A stretch of DNA of 64,000 nucleotides from Gammaproteobacteria bacterium (lineage in GTDB: Bacteria > Pseudomonadota > Gammaproteobacteria > SpSt-1174): contig JARRKE010000014.1 in the NCBI GenBank assembly GCA_037388465.1, positions 19,848-83,847 of the forward strand, given 5' to 3'. The position numbers and the translations under genes are program-made. The first letter of the stretch is position 1. The number at the start of each line of letters is the position of its first letter. Below, in pieces: positions 37,727 to 47,881 of this stretch. A model generated the notes under the pieces. It worked only from the letters and a program-made list of their open reading frames with translations. It searched no databases and was not told where the DNA came from.

Positions 37727-38428
37727 TCAGAGATCCCCGCCCAACACCTGCTTGATGAAGGGAACGGTCAACCGGCGCTGAGCCGCCAGGCTCGCCGCAT
37801 CCAGCCGGTCCAGCACCCCCAGCAGCGTACCCAGATCACGCGGATAACGGTGCAGCAGATAGCGTCCCGCCTCGACGGGCAGGGCCAGACCGCGCGCCTG
37901 GGCACGCTGGCTCAGGGCCTCCAGCTTGGCCTCGTCGTCCAGGGGATGCAGCTGGAAAACCGCCCCCCACTGCAATCGTGACGCCAGATCGGGCAGGCCG
38001 GCACGCAAGTGGACCGGGCTCAGCGCCGCGCTCATCAGCAGCGGCTGCTCGTGCAGACGCAGATCGTTGATGAGATTGAACAGGCCCCGCTCCCACTGCG
38101 GATCGCCCAGCACCGCATCCACATCGTCCAGGCAGATCACGCCGCGCCCGAGCATGCCGTCCAGGATGTCCGGTCCATGCACCCCCAGCGTCCGCAGGGG
38201 CAGGAATACCGCACCCGGCCCCTCGCCGGCCGCCAGATGGCAGACGGCCTGCAGCAGGTGGCTCTTGCCCGCGCCGGCACCGCCCCATAAAAAGATCTGC
38301 AGCTCGCCCCGCCCCAGCCCCAGGGCCTGCAGCGCGCCGACGACCGGCCGGTTGGGCCCCGCGTAATAGGTTTCGAACACCGCGCTGTCGCGCAGGCCGA
38401 CGTTGAGCGCCAACTGTTCGGCCATCAC
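37727..38428 (-). CDS. hda: DnaA regulatory inactivator Hda
   Basis: A DnaA-like AAA+ core with Walker A degenerate to GGAGAGKSHL; 233 aa. It is in synteny with perM/purMN. Confidence 0.8.
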   Translation of the reverse strand: MMAEQLALNVGLRDSAVFETYYAGPNRPVVGALQALGLGRGELQIFLWGGAGAGKSHLLQAVCHLAAGEGPGAVFLPLRTLGVHGPDILDGMLGRGVICLDDVDAVLGDPQWERGLFNLINDLRLHEQPLLMSAALSPVHLRAGLPDLASRLQWGAVFQLHPLDDEAKLEALSQRAQARGLALPVEAGRYLLHRYPRDLGTLLGVLDRLDAASLAAQRRLTVPFIKQVLGGDL

Positions 38429-39504
38429 TCCTCCGACTTCGAGGGCGAGGCGCTGCCGTACAAACCGCTGTGCTTATAGGTCCGGTGCAGGTAACGCAGC
38501 AGAACGGCGATCACGGCGGCAACCGGCAGGGCCAGCAGCACGCCGAAGAAACCGAACAACTGGCCGCCGGCCAGGACGGCGAAAATCACCGCCACCGGAT
38601 GCAGCCCGATGCGATCTCCCACCAGCAGCGGGGTCAGCACGGTGCCCTCCAGGGCCTGCCCGATGCCGAACACCAGCAGCACCTTCCACAGCTCCAGCCA
38701 TTCCTGGGTCTGCAGGAACATGGCGAGCCCGGCCACCACGATGCCGACGATAAAGCCCATGTAGGGCACGAAACTGACCAGGCCGGCCAGCATGCCGATC
38801 AACAGGGCGAACTGCAGGCCTGCCAGCCACAGGCCGATGGAATAAATCGCCCCCAGGGCGAGCATGACCAGGAACTGCCCGCGCAAAAAGGCCGCCAGCA
38901 CCTCGTCCGACTCCCGTGCCAGGGCGGTGACGATCGGCTCGGCCCGCCGCGGCAGCAACTCGCGCAAGTGAGCCATGAGCCGGTCCCAGTCGCGCAGCAG
39001 GTAGAAGGTCACCACCGGGATCAGAAACAGGTTCGCCAGCCAGCTGAACAGCAGCGCCCCGGAGCGCCCCAGCGTATCCAGCGCCACCTTGGCCAGGCTG
39101 CCCGCCCCGGCCAGGTGGCTCTGCAACATGGATTTAAGTTCTGTCGGGTCCGGCAGCACCGCCTTGATGCCCAGATGCGACTCCAGCCAGGGCTTGAGCT
39201 GTGCGTTCAGCCAGCCGAGCCATTCCGGCATCTTGCGGATCAGATCGAGGAGCTGGGACTCCAACACCGGCACGATCAGCACCAGCAGCGCCAGCACGCC
39301 GCCCAGCAGCAGCACGAAGACCACGATGACGGAAGCGGTGCGCGACAGCTTGCGGGCCTCCAGGCGGTCGGCCAGCGGATCGCCGAGATAGGCCAGCAGC
39401 GCCCCGGCGATGAACGGCGTCAGGATGGGCGCCAGCAGGTATACCAGCACCGCCCCGACCAGCGCCAGGACGAACCAGAACATCAGACGGCTGTTGTCGA
39501 TCAT
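38425..39504 (-). CDS. AI-2E family transporter (PerM-like)
   Basis: Multi-TM with AI-2E blocks. The start at MIDNSRLMFWF overlaps the upstream gene by 4 bp. Confidence 0.8.
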   Translation of the reverse strand: MIDNSRLMFWFVLALVGAVLVYLLAPILTPFIAGALLAYLGDPLADRLEARKLSRTASVIVVFVLLLGGVLALLVLIVPVLESQLLDLIRKMPEWLGWLNAQLKPWLESHLGIKAVLPDPTELKSMLQSHLAGAGSLAKVALDTLGRSGALLFSWLANLFLIPVVTFYLLRDWDRLMAHLRELLPRRAEPIVTALARESDEVLAAFLRGQFLVMLALGAIYSIGLWLAGLQFALLIGMLAGLVSFVPYMGFIVGIVVAGLAMFLQTQEWLELWKVLLVFGIGQALEGTVLTPLLVGDRIGLHPVAVIFAVLAGGQLFGFFGVLLALPVAAVIAVLLRYLHRTYKHSGLYGSASPSKSEE

Positions 39505-40052
39505 GCCCCCTCCTCTTCCTGCGCGGCACGGCGGCTCCATACCCGGACATACTGCACGCCGCTGGCCAGGGTGGTCAGCGCCACGATCCAGATCAGCCCC
39601 TGCACCACCGGTTCGATCGCCGGCCAGAACACCCCGGCCAGCACCAGGATGACCAGCAGCACCTGCAGCGCGGTATTGATCTTGCTGATGCGCATCGGCG
39701 CCATCTCGAGGCGATGGGTCTTGAAATGGTAAGCGACCGCCCCGCCCATGATCACCACATCACGCAGCACGATCAGCCCCACCAGCCACAACGGCAGCAT
39801 TTCGCGCCAGCCGAGGGCCAGATAGGTGCCCAGCATGAGCAGTTTGTCCGCCAGCGGGTCGAGGAAGGCGCCGAGCCGCGACCCCCAGTCGAAACGCCGG
39901 GCGAGGAAACCGTCCAGGCCGTCGGACAGGCCGGCGACGGCGAACAACACCAGCGCCCGGCCGAAATCCCCCAGAAACAGGAAAGCGACCGTAGGGGGAA
40001 CGAGAGCCAGACGCAGGAAGGTGATCAGATTCGGTATGTCGCGTGGGCTCAC
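39501..40052 (-). CDS. CDP-alcohol phosphatidyltransferase family protein (PgsA-like)
   Basis: It carries the DGxxAR...G...DxxxD motif (DGLDGFLARRFDWGSRLGAFLDPLADK). The GTG start is at 40052. Confidence 0.8.
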   Translation of the reverse strand: MSPRDIPNLITFLRLALVPPTVAFLFLGDFGRALVLFAVAGLSDGLDGFLARRFDWGSRLGAFLDPLADKLLMLGTYLALGWREMLPLWLVGLIVLRDVVIMGGAVAYHFKTHRLEMAPMRISKINTALQVLLVILVLAGVFWPAIEPVVQGLIWIVALTTLASGVQYVRVWSRRAAQEEEGA

Positions 40053-41224
40053 TATTGCAGCATGAAGTGCAGGATGACCGGCTGCATCGGGGCCTGCTGC
40101 GCCGCCGGGGCTGCAGGCTGCGTGCCCGGCGCGTTATTCGCCGATGGCGTGGGCGACGGCATCGCTGGCGCGAAGCTCTCGGGAGCGGGAGTCGGCGCCT
40201 TCTGCAGGGTGTCCCCGAGCAGCAATACCCGCTCCAGGTCCTTGGGGGTTCCGCGCGACCTGACCAGATAGACCACCTCGTCGGGTTTCACGATAACGGC
40301 GCGCACCAGGGTAATCAGGCCGACCTGCTTGAGGTAATCGCGTACCTTCACGTATTGGCTCAGGGTGTCGATACCCTTGACGGAAACCTCCAGGGCAGAG
40401 GCCTGGTCCGTCGTCCCGGACGAGGCCATGCGCGCCGCCAGGCGGTCGGACAACTGGTTGATGCCGTCCTGCACCACGGCCTGCAGAGTCGCTCCGCTGT
40501 CCTGCCAGTCGTCGGTCCGGCCGTTGATGGACAGATGCCAGCGGCCGACCCAGCCGCCGGCCTGGTTTTGCACCCGCGCGACCAGCACGTCGTCCGCCTT
40601 GTAGCGCTGCGAGGCCTTCAGCACGTCGTCGTAGAAACCGCCGGCGATATCCGAATAGGAAACCTGCGCCTTGTCCTGCAGATCCATCAGCGGCAGCAGA
40701 ATCGGCACACCGCGCGCCTGGGCCGCCTGTTGCGCGGCCTGGGCCGCCGTCGAACTGCTGGAACCGCTCACTATGGACCGCTGCCCCTGGTTTTCGACCC
40801 CCAGCCACAGCAGGGTCGCGGGCCGTTCCGCCGGCCAGACCGGCAGGCCCAGGTCGACCAGATCGCGGGTCAGCGCCTTGCCGTCGAAGGTGATGGTCAG
40901 GTTGTAGCCCTGCCCGCCGGGCGCTTCCTGATAAACGTACTGCTGCACGTAACGCGTGGCGGTGTCGAGCAGATTGGCCACGTTCGGCTGGGCCGACACC
41001 TGACCGTCCCCGGTCATCTTGACCAGCACCTGGGCGAGCGCCTGCTTGAAGGCGTCGAGGCGTTCATCCCGGTCGCGGGTGGCCACCGCGACGCTGTCCT
41101 TATAGAGGTTGTTCACCAGCACTGCATGCGCGGGACGGGGCAGCAGCGTCAGTGCGAAACAAAGCCCGGCGAAGACGAGGCCGAGCCGATGGAAAAGGGA
41201 AAAACCGCGGGCGTCCTGGATCAT
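40052..41224 (-). CDS. DUF2066-like secreted protein
   Basis: It has a signal peptide (start MIQDARGF...), is approximately 390 aa, and occupies the conserved position between pgsA-like and the divergent purM, as in pseudomonads. Confidence 0.5.
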   Translation of the reverse strand: MIQDARGFSLFHRLGLVFAGLCFALTLLPRPAHAVLVNNLYKDSVAVATRDRDERLDAFKQALAQVLVKMTGDGQVSAQPNVANLLDTATRYVQQYVYQEAPGGQGYNLTITFDGKALTRDLVDLGLPVWPAERPATLLWLGVENQGQRSIVSGSSSSTAAQAAQQAAQARGVPILLPLMDLQDKAQVSYSDIAGGFYDDVLKASQRYKADDVLVARVQNQAGGWVGRWHLSINGRTDDWQDSGATLQAVVQDGINQLSDRLAARMASSGTTDQASALEVSVKGIDTLSQYVKVRDYLKQVGLITLVRAVIVKPDEVVYLVRSRGTPKDLERVLLLGDTLQKAPTPAPESFAPAMPSPTPSANNAPGTQPAAPAAQQAPMQPVILHFMLQ

Positions 41225-41350
41225 GTTCAACACGGGCCGTGAGCTTGGGCTTGCAAGCGGGGTACGATAGCATATCCCGTATTCACGGTTTACAGTCCCG
41301 GAACGCGGGGCTACCATCCACAGCCTTCTTTTCCCTTGCCCCGCCGCCCG

Positions 41351-42406
41351 ATGAGCCAGGAATCCCAGCGCCCGCCCCTGAGTTATCGTGACGCCGGTGT
41401 CGATATCGATGCCGGTGCCGAACTGGTCGAACGCATCAAATCCCATACCGAGCGCACCCGCCGTCCCGGCGTGCTGGGCAGCCTGGGCGGCTTCGGCGCC
41501 CTGTTCGAACTCCCGACCGACCGCTATCGCCGGCCCGTGCTGGTCTCCGGCACCGACGGCGTGGGCACCAAGCTCAAGCTGGCCATGATGCTGAACCGCC
41601 ACGACACCATCGGCATCGACCTGGTCGCCATGTGCGTCAACGACATCGTCGTCACCGGCGCCGAGCCCCTGTTCTTCCTCGATTATTACGCGACAGGCCA
41701 TCTCGACGTCGAAGTGGCCGCCCAGGTCGTCAAAGGCATCGCCGACGGCTGCGAACTGGCGGGCTGCGCCCTGACCGGCGGCGAGACCGCCGAAATGCCC
41801 GGCATGTACGAAGCAGGGGATTACGACCTGGCCGGTTTCGCCGTGGGCATCGTCGAAAAGGACCGCATCCTCGACGGACAGGGCGTACAGGCGGGCGACG
41901 TCCTGCTCGGCCTGGCCTCCAGCGGCCCGCACTCCAACGGCTATTCGCTGATCCGCAAGCTGGTCGAGGTCAGCCACGCCGACCTCGACCAGCCCTGCGG
42001 CACCACCAGCCTGGGCGAGGCCCTGCTGGCGCCGACCCGCATCTACGTCAAACCCCTGCTGCACCTGCTCGAACAACTGCCGATCCACGCCCTGGCCCAT
42101 ATCACCGGCGGCGGCCTGACCGAGAACCTGCCGCGGGTGCTGCCGGAGGGCACCGGTGCCGTCGTCGATCCCCGGGCCTGGGTGCGCCCCCCGGTGTTCG
42201 ACTGGCTGCAGCAAGCCGGTAACGTGGAAGCACAGGAAATGCTGCGCACCTTCAACTGCGGCATCGGCATGATGGTCGTGCTGCCCGAAGAACATGCCGC
42301 GACGGCCAGCGAATATTGCCGAGAGCAAGGTATCGAGGCCTGGACGATCGGCCGCATCGAAGCCACGCCGGGCCAGACACCCGGAGTGCGCTACCAGGGC
42401 GCATGA
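41351..42406 (+). CDS. purM: Phosphoribosylformylglycinamidine cyclo-ligase
   Basis: AIR synthase motifs are present (DAGVDID, GGFGALF, VGTK). Confidence 0.95.
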   Translation: MSQESQRPPLSYRDAGVDIDAGAELVERIKSHTERTRRPGVLGSLGGFGALFELPTDRYRRPVLVSGTDGVGTKLKLAMMLNRHDTIGIDLVAMCVNDIVVTGAEPLFFLDYYATGHLDVEVAAQVVKGIADGCELAGCALTGGETAEMPGMYEAGDYDLAGFAVGIVEKDRILDGQGVQAGDVLLGLASSGPHSNGYSLIRKLVEVSHADLDQPCGTTSLGEALLAPTRIYVKPLLHLLEQLPIHALAHITGGGLTENLPRVLPEGTGAVVDPRAWVRPPVFDWLQQAGNVEAQEMLRTFNCGIGMMVVLPEEHAATASEYCREQGIEAWTIGRIEATPGQTPGVRYQGA

Positions 42407-43062
42407 GCCCTTCCTCCTGCAAGATCGTGGTGCTCATCTCGGGCACCGGCACCAATCTGCAGGCCCTGATCGACGCCTGCGGCGCCGGGGAGATCCCCGG
42501 GCAAATCGTGGCGGTGATCGGCAACCGCCCCGGCGCCGGCGGACTGGAACGCGCCCGCCGGGCCGGCATCCCGGCCGAATGCCTGGACCATCGCGACTAT
42601 GCCACCCGCGAGGCATTCGACCAGGCGCTGATGCAGGTCATCGACCGCTACGCCCCTGACCTGGTCTGCCTCGCCGGTTTCATGCGCATCCTCACCCCCG
42701 CCTTCACCACCCACTACCTAGGGCGCATGCTGAACATCCACCCCTCCCTGCTCCCGGACTATCGCGGGCTGCACACCCATGCCCGCGCCCTGGCGGACGG
42801 CGTCCGGGAACACGGTGCCAGCGTGCATTTCGTAACGCCCGACCTGGACGGCGGCCCGGTCGTCGTGCGGGTACGGGTGCCGGTGCACGCCGACGACACC
42901 CCCGAGACGCTGGCCGCCCGCGTGCTGGAACAGGAACACCGGCTTTATCCCGCCGCCACGACCTGGTTTTGCGCCGGGCGGCTGAAACTGAATGCCGGCC
43001 GGGTGATACTGGACGGCGCACCGCTTGATCACCCCCTCGAACTCACGGAGGTGCCAGCATGA
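42403..43062 (+). CDS. purN: Phosphoribosylglycinamide formyltransferase
   Basis: It carries the [12 protein letters not shown] and NIHPSLLP motifs. It overlaps the purM stop (ATGA). Confidence 0.9.
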   Translation: MSPSSCKIVVLISGTGTNLQALIDACGAGEIPGQIVAVIGNRPGAGGLERARRAGIPAECLDHRDYATREAFDQALMQVIDRYAPDLVCLAGFMRILTPAFTTHYLGRMLNIHPSLLPDYRGLHTHARALADGVREHGASVHFVTPDLDGGPVVVRVRVPVHADDTPETLAARVLEQEHRLYPAATTWFCAGRLKLNAGRVILDGAPLDHPLELTEVPA

Positions 43063-43778
43063 AACGTCTGATCACGGGGATTGTGCTGTTCCTGCTCACG
43101 GCACCGGCCATGGCGGCCAGCCTGCCGGCGCCCCTGCGCCCCTACGAGGCCAAGTACATCCTGCGCATCGACGAAGTACCCGTCGCCAAGTCGTGGATGT
43201 CCCTGCGCCCCCAGAAGGCAAACGAATATCTGTTCAGGACCGTCACCAAGCCGATGGGCATCGTGGCCATATTCCGCGATGACGTCATCACCGAAGAGAC
43301 CACGCTCGGGATGGTGGACGGCACCCTGCGCCCGCTGAGCATCCGTTATTCTCACCAGGGCATCAAACATCCTCAAACCGGCACCGCCCGCTTCGACTGG
43401 TCCACCCGCACGCTCACGGGCAAGCTGGGCAACGAACAGTTCAGCTACCAGGACATCAAACCCGACACAGACGACAGCTTCTCCCTGCAACTGAAGATCA
43501 TGCAGGCCGTGGCGCGCGGCGAAAAGCAGGTCGAATTCGACGCCCTGGAGAAGACCAAGCTCAAACATTACGCATTCCAGATCGTCGGCCGGGAAAAGCT
43601 GGACACCCGCCTGGGCGAGATCGAGACCGTTCACGTCAGGCGCATCAAGGACAAGCCGTCCTACAAGACCGACGCCTGGTACGCACCGAAATACGGCTAT
43701 CTGCCGGTGCGCATACGCCAGCAGCACAAGGACGAATCGCCGCTGGTACTGACCATCGATTCATACCAACCGCTGTAA
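43059..43778 (+). CDS. DUF3108-like secreted protein
   Basis: It has a signal peptide and occupies the conserved position after purN. Confidence 0.55.
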   Translation: MKRLITGIVLFLLTAPAMAASLPAPLRPYEAKYILRIDEVPVAKSWMSLRPQKANEYLFRTVTKPMGIVAIFRDDVITEETTLGMVDGTLRPLSIRYSHQGIKHPQTGTARFDWSTRTLTGKLGNEQFSYQDIKPDTDDSFSLQLKIMQAVARGEKQVEFDALEKTKLKHYAFQIVGREKLDTRLGEIETVHVRRIKDKPSYKTDAWYAPKYGYLPVRIRQQHKDESPLVLTIDSYQPL

Positions 43779-43788
43779 ACAGAAAATC

Positions 43789-45195
43789 ATGTCCGACCGT
43801 TTCGACCTCGCCATTATCGGCTCCGGTCCCGGTGGTTACCGGGCCGCCATTCTCGCCGCCTTGCGCGGCCTGTCCGTCGCCATTATCGAAAAGAACGACT
43901 GGGGCGGCTGCTGCCTGAACCGCGGCTGCGTGCCCAAAAAGGCCTGGCATCACACGGCCCAACTGATCGCCGGCCAGCGTGCCTTCGCCGAACGCGGCAT
44001 CAGCGGCACGCTGCAGGGCGACATGATGCAGGCCTGGGAACACCAGGAAACGGTGGTCAAGACGGTACAGGACAGCTACGTCGACTACATGAAGCGCCTC
44101 AAGGTCACCCCCATCGAGGGCGCGGCCCGTTTCCAGGATCGCGAGACCCTGACCGTCACTGCCAGCGACGGCAGCGAGCGCACGCTGCACGCCAAGCACA
44201 CCATCATCGCCACCGGCGGCAGCCCCCACATACCCGAACCCTTCGCGGAGGTGGACGGCAAGGTGCTCACCTCCGACATGCTGTTCGACAGCCCGCCACC
44301 GGCCGGTAAACGGGTCGCCGTCATCGGCAGCGGCGTAATCGCCACCGAATTCGCCTTTATCTTCAGCATGCTGGGCAAGGAGGTTGTCTGGCTGGCCCGC
44401 TCGCCCATGCTGCGCAAGATCCCCTTCAGCCCGCAGGCCGTCGGCACCTTGCGCGAAGCCCTGAAGCGCCACGACATCGAGCTGCAAAACGGCGTGCATT
44501 TCGAGCGCGTCGATACCGACGGCGACGGCGTGCGCATTCATCTCGCCGAGGGTGAGACCGTGGAGGTCGACTGGGTCTGCCTCGGCACCGGTCGCGTCCC
44601 CTACACCGAAGGGCTGGGCCTGGAGGCCGCAGGCGTCAAGACCGATGCGAACGGTTTCGTGCAACGCAACACCCATCTGCAGACGGATGCCGACAACATC
44701 TACGCCATCGGCGACGTCGCCTGCGAGATGATGACCGCGAATCACGCCATCTCGGACGCCACCGTGGCCGTGGACAACATCATCGAGGGCAACACCCGCA
44801 GCCAGGACAGTCTGTGGGTGCCGATCGTGGTCTACAGCGCCGTCGAACTGGCGCGCCTGGGCATGGACGAGGACATGGCCGAGGACGAGGAACTGGAACC
44901 GGCAATCGGTTTCGCCGCCTTCGAGACCTCGCCGCGCGCCCTGGGCCAGGACGATACGGACGGATTCGTGCGCCTGCTCAGCGACATGGACAGCGGCCGC
45001 CTGCTGGGAGGCGAGATCGTGGGCGCCGAGGCCGGGGAGCTGATCACCATCCTGTCACTGGCGCCGGACCACGAAACCGCACTGCGCTGGCTCGCCTCGG
45101 GCACCTACAACCACCCTGCGCGGGCCGAGGAGATCATCAACGCCACCGAGACCCTGGCCAGCAAGTGGGGCCTGCAGGGAGAAATCTTCGGTTGA
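43789..45195 (+). CDS. FAD-dependent pyridine nucleotide-disulfide oxidoreductase (class I; dihydrolipoamide-dehydrogenase/glutathione-reductase-like)
   Basis: It carries the GSGPGG FAD motif, the redox-active GGCCLNRGCVPKK motif, and the C-terminal dimerisation-domain HPA motif. Confidence 0.8.
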   Translation: MSDRFDLAIIGSGPGGYRAAILAALRGLSVAIIEKNDWGGCCLNRGCVPKKAWHHTAQLIAGQRAFAERGISGTLQGDMMQAWEHQETVVKTVQDSYVDYMKRLKVTPIEGAARFQDRETLTVTASDGSERTLHAKHTIIATGGSPHIPEPFAEVDGKVLTSDMLFDSPPPAGKRVAVIGSGVIATEFAFIFSMLGKEVVWLARSPMLRKIPFSPQAVGTLREALKRHDIELQNGVHFERVDTDGDGVRIHLAEGETVEVDWVCLGTGRVPYTEGLGLEAAGVKTDANGFVQRNTHLQTDADNIYAIGDVACEMMTANHAISDATVAVDNIIEGNTRSQDSLWVPIVVYSAVELARLGMDEDMAEDEELEPAIGFAAFETSPRALGQDDTDGFVRLLSDMDSGRLLGGEIVGAEAGELITILSLAPDHETALRWLASGTYNHPARAEEIINATETLASKWGLQGEIFG

Positions 45196-45268
45196 ACGGG
45201 TAGCCGCCGCGGTAACGGCGGCAGACTGACAAGCACGGATCGGCCCGGATTACAGCGGGCCGGCCTGC

Positions 45269-45640
45269 TTATCCCATATCGCGGACTTCCGCTTCCAGCA
45301 GTTCGATGGCCTGCAACAGGGTCTTGGACATTTCGACGAGATCGCTAAGCCGCTCGTGCGCCTTGTCGAGCTTGCCGCTCGCGGCGGCCTCGTGCACCTG
45401 GGCATAGATGGCGTGCAGGAGCTCGTGCGGCGTCTCGATATCCTGGAATACCGACAAATGCCCCAGCGCACTTTGCCCTTCACCGTAATACCATTTCCCA
45501 AACGCGCATTGGGTGTGGGCCAGCGGGGCCTGATCCTCCTGGACGGGCACTCCGGCCGCCAGGGCCTGGGCATAGGCGCGCCAGCGCAGATGGGATGACT
45601 TCGCTCGCCGAATGACTTCGAGATGCGACTGGACGTTCAT
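45269..45640 (-). CDS. Chemoreceptor zinc-binding (CZB) domain protein
   Basis: It carries the HTQCAFGKWYY motif typical of CZB. GGAGA lies upstream of the ATG at 45640. Confidence 0.65.
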   Translation of the reverse strand: MNVQSHLEVIRRAKSSHLRWRAYAQALAAGVPVQEDQAPLAHTQCAFGKWYYGEGQSALGHLSVFQDIETPHELLHAIYAQVHEAAASGKLDKAHERLSDLVEMSKTLLQAIELLEAEVRDMG

Positions 45641-45829
45641 TGCGATTCTCCTCGATGAGCAGCCGACCTGCAGACCACCCAGCTTAAGTTTCATCCAATG
45701 ACTGTTACATTTTGATTAAAAAAATTAACACACTGGATCGCAAAAACCATTGTTGAAAATCAAATCGTTACAAAATCGTAACCTTGCATACGCGCCGCTT
45801 CGGTCAGATGGATAGCACCCCGGGCGAGT

Positions 45830-47176
45830 TCACTCGCCCGCAATGGTCATTTCGTTGAGCAGCCAGGAGCCGGTGCGAATGTTGCCGCGCAGGTCCGTGT
45901 CCGTGCCCACCGCCGCCAGCCCCATGAACATGTCCTTGAGACTGCCGGCGACGGTGATTTCCTCGACCGCATACTGAAGCTCGCCGTTTTCCACCCAGAA
46001 ACCGGCCGCGCCGCGCGAATAATCGCCCGTCACCATGTTGATGCCATGCCCGATGAGCTCGGTCACCAGCAGTCCGGTACCCATCTCGCCCAGCAAGCCG
46101 GCGAGATCGTGCCGTTGCCCCGCATCGATGCCGAGGTTGTGCACGCCTCCCGCATTGCCGGTGGTCTGCATGCCCAGGCGGCAGGCGGAATAGCTGTCCA
46201 GCACGTAGCCTTCGAGCCGGCCGTCGTGGACCAGGTCGCGGGCCTGCGTGGCCACGCCTTCCGAATCGAAGGGGGCGCTGCCCAAGGCGCCCGGCAGATG
46301 CGGCTCCTCGTAGACGCGGATGCCGTCGGGGAAGACCGGACGGCCCAGGTGATCGAGCAGGAAGCTCGCCTTGCGGTACAGCGCCGCACCACGCACCGCC
46401 GAAACCAGATGCCCCAGCAGACCGCGCGCCAGGTCCGCCGTGAATACGACCGGGGCCTTGCGCGTCCCCAGGCGGCGCCCACCGAGCCGCGCCACCGTCC
46501 GGCGGGCGGCCTCCGCACCCACGGCCTCGGCCGATTCCAGCAGGTCGGCGTTGCGGGCCACGCTGTACCAGTAATCGCGTTGCATGGCGCCGTCCTGCTC
46601 GCCGATGACCGAGCAACTCAGGCTGTGGCGGGTTCCCGAATAACCGCCGATGAATCCGTTGGTGTTGCCGTACACGCTGGTGCCGCGATAGCTGTCGACG
46701 CCGGCACCCTCGGAATTGACGATGCGCTGATCCGCACGGCGCGCCGCTTCCTCACAGCTGCGGGCCAGATCGATGGCCTGTTCGCCGGTCAGCTGCCAGG
46801 GATGGTCCAGGTCGAGGTCGGGGTAATTCATGGCCATGCGCGCGGGATCCGCCAGCCCGTGGCAATCGTCTTCCGCGGTCTGGCGGGCGATGCGGCAGGC
46901 GGCCTTGGCCGCTTCCCGGATGGCCTCCGGCTTGAGATCGGAGGTGCTGGCCGAACCTTTCTGCTTGCCGATGTAGACGGTAACCGCCACGCCCTGATCC
47001 TTGTGGTACTCGAGCGTCTCCACCTCGCCCAGACGGACGTTCACCGACAGGCCCTGCCCGGCGCTGGCGCTGGCTTCGGCACCCGTGGCGCCGGCGGCGC
47101 GGGCGGCATCCAATGCATCCTGGACCGACTGCTCCAGCCGTTCGAACTGGATTTCGGCACGCTGCAGTTCACTCAT
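45830..47176 (-). CDS. pmbA: Metalloprotease PmbA (TldE)
   Basis: 448 aa with TldD/PmbA-family blocks. It is divergent to yjgA, as in E. coli. Confidence 0.9.
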   Translation of the reverse strand: MSELQRAEIQFERLEQSVQDALDAARAAGATGAEASASAGQGLSVNVRLGEVETLEYHKDQGVAVTVYIGKQKGSASTSDLKPEAIREAAKAACRIARQTAEDDCHGLADPARMAMNYPDLDLDHPWQLTGEQAIDLARSCEEAARRADQRIVNSEGAGVDSYRGTSVYGNTNGFIGGYSGTRHSLSCSVIGEQDGAMQRDYWYSVARNADLLESAEAVGAEAARRTVARLGGRRLGTRKAPVVFTADLARGLLGHLVSAVRGAALYRKASFLLDHLGRPVFPDGIRVYEEPHLPGALGSAPFDSEGVATQARDLVHDGRLEGYVLDSYSACRLGMQTTGNAGGVHNLGIDAGQRHDLAGLLGEMGTGLLVTELIGHGINMVTGDYSRGAAGFWVENGELQYAVEEITVAGSLKDMFMGLAAVGTDTDLRGNIRTGSWLLNEMTIAGE

Positions 47177-47231
47177 GTTTCACTCCGTCTGAAAAGCAAA
47201 AAAATCCGCCTGCACGGTGTAAACTCGCGCC

Positions 47232-47510
47232 ATGCAGGATGAATCGAGTTACGAAAGAAAAAGCAAATCCCAGCTCAAGCGCGAGGCCCATGCGCTGCAG
47301 GAACTGGGTGAGCGCCTGCTCACCCTCAATGAAGAGACGCTGGCAGCCCTACCCCTCCCCGACGAACTGCGCCAGGCGCTCGCCGAGGGGCGCCAGATCC
47401 GCGCCCGCGGCGCGCTGCGCCGTCAACGCCAGTACATCGGCAAGCTGATGCGCGGTATCGATCCCGAACCGATACGCGCCGCCCTGGCCAAACGCCGCCA
47501 CGGGGACTGA
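47232..47510 (+). CDS. yjgA: YjgA (DUF615) ribosome-associated protein, N-terminal half only (92 aa versus the approximately 180 aa typical length)
   Basis: The segment KSKSQLKREAHALQELGERLLTL...RQRQYIGKLMRGIDPEPIRAAL aligns with the E. coli YjgA N-terminus. The ORF stops at the position where the E. coli protein continues. Confidence 0.6.
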   Translation: MQDESSYERKSKSQLKREAHALQELGERLLTLNEETLAALPLPDELRQALAEGRQIRARGALRRQRQYIGKLMRGIDPEPIRAALAKRRHGD

Positions 47511-47523
47511 CGGGTCGCGCCGA

Positions 47524-47787
47524 CTACGGACTCGCGCCGTGCTTGTTCACCGCGGTGCGGTTGCCCCATTGATCCACATTGCTGACCTGGACACCCAACC
47601 ACCAGATCTTGCCCAGGCTGTCACGCGTATAGCCGCCGACCAGCTGCTGGCTGTCGGTAAGCTTGATGCACGGGAGAAACTGCTCGGCCTGATCTCTGTC
47701 CCGGAAGATGTGCCAATGCACGACGCCGTCCCTGCCGTGCCCCTCGGGAAGCGAGAGTTCGTGACTGAGAATGTCTTCATCGACCAT
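47524..47787 (-). CDS. Small hypothetical protein (87 aa)
   Basis: It has a strong AGGAGG 7 nt upstream of the ATG at 47787. It is convergent with yjgA. Confidence 0.45.
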   Translation of the reverse strand: MVDEDILSHELSLPEGHGRDGVVHWHIFRDRDQAEQFLPCIKLTDSQQLVGGYTRDSLGKIWWLGVQVSNVDQWGNRTAVNKHGASP

Positions 47788-47881
47788 TGCCTGACTCCTC
47801 CTTTGCGGTTCACCACTCAATATCGAACACACCTATTGAGTTTAGATGCGAAAACCGGCGAGGACATGGCGCCCGTCGGCC

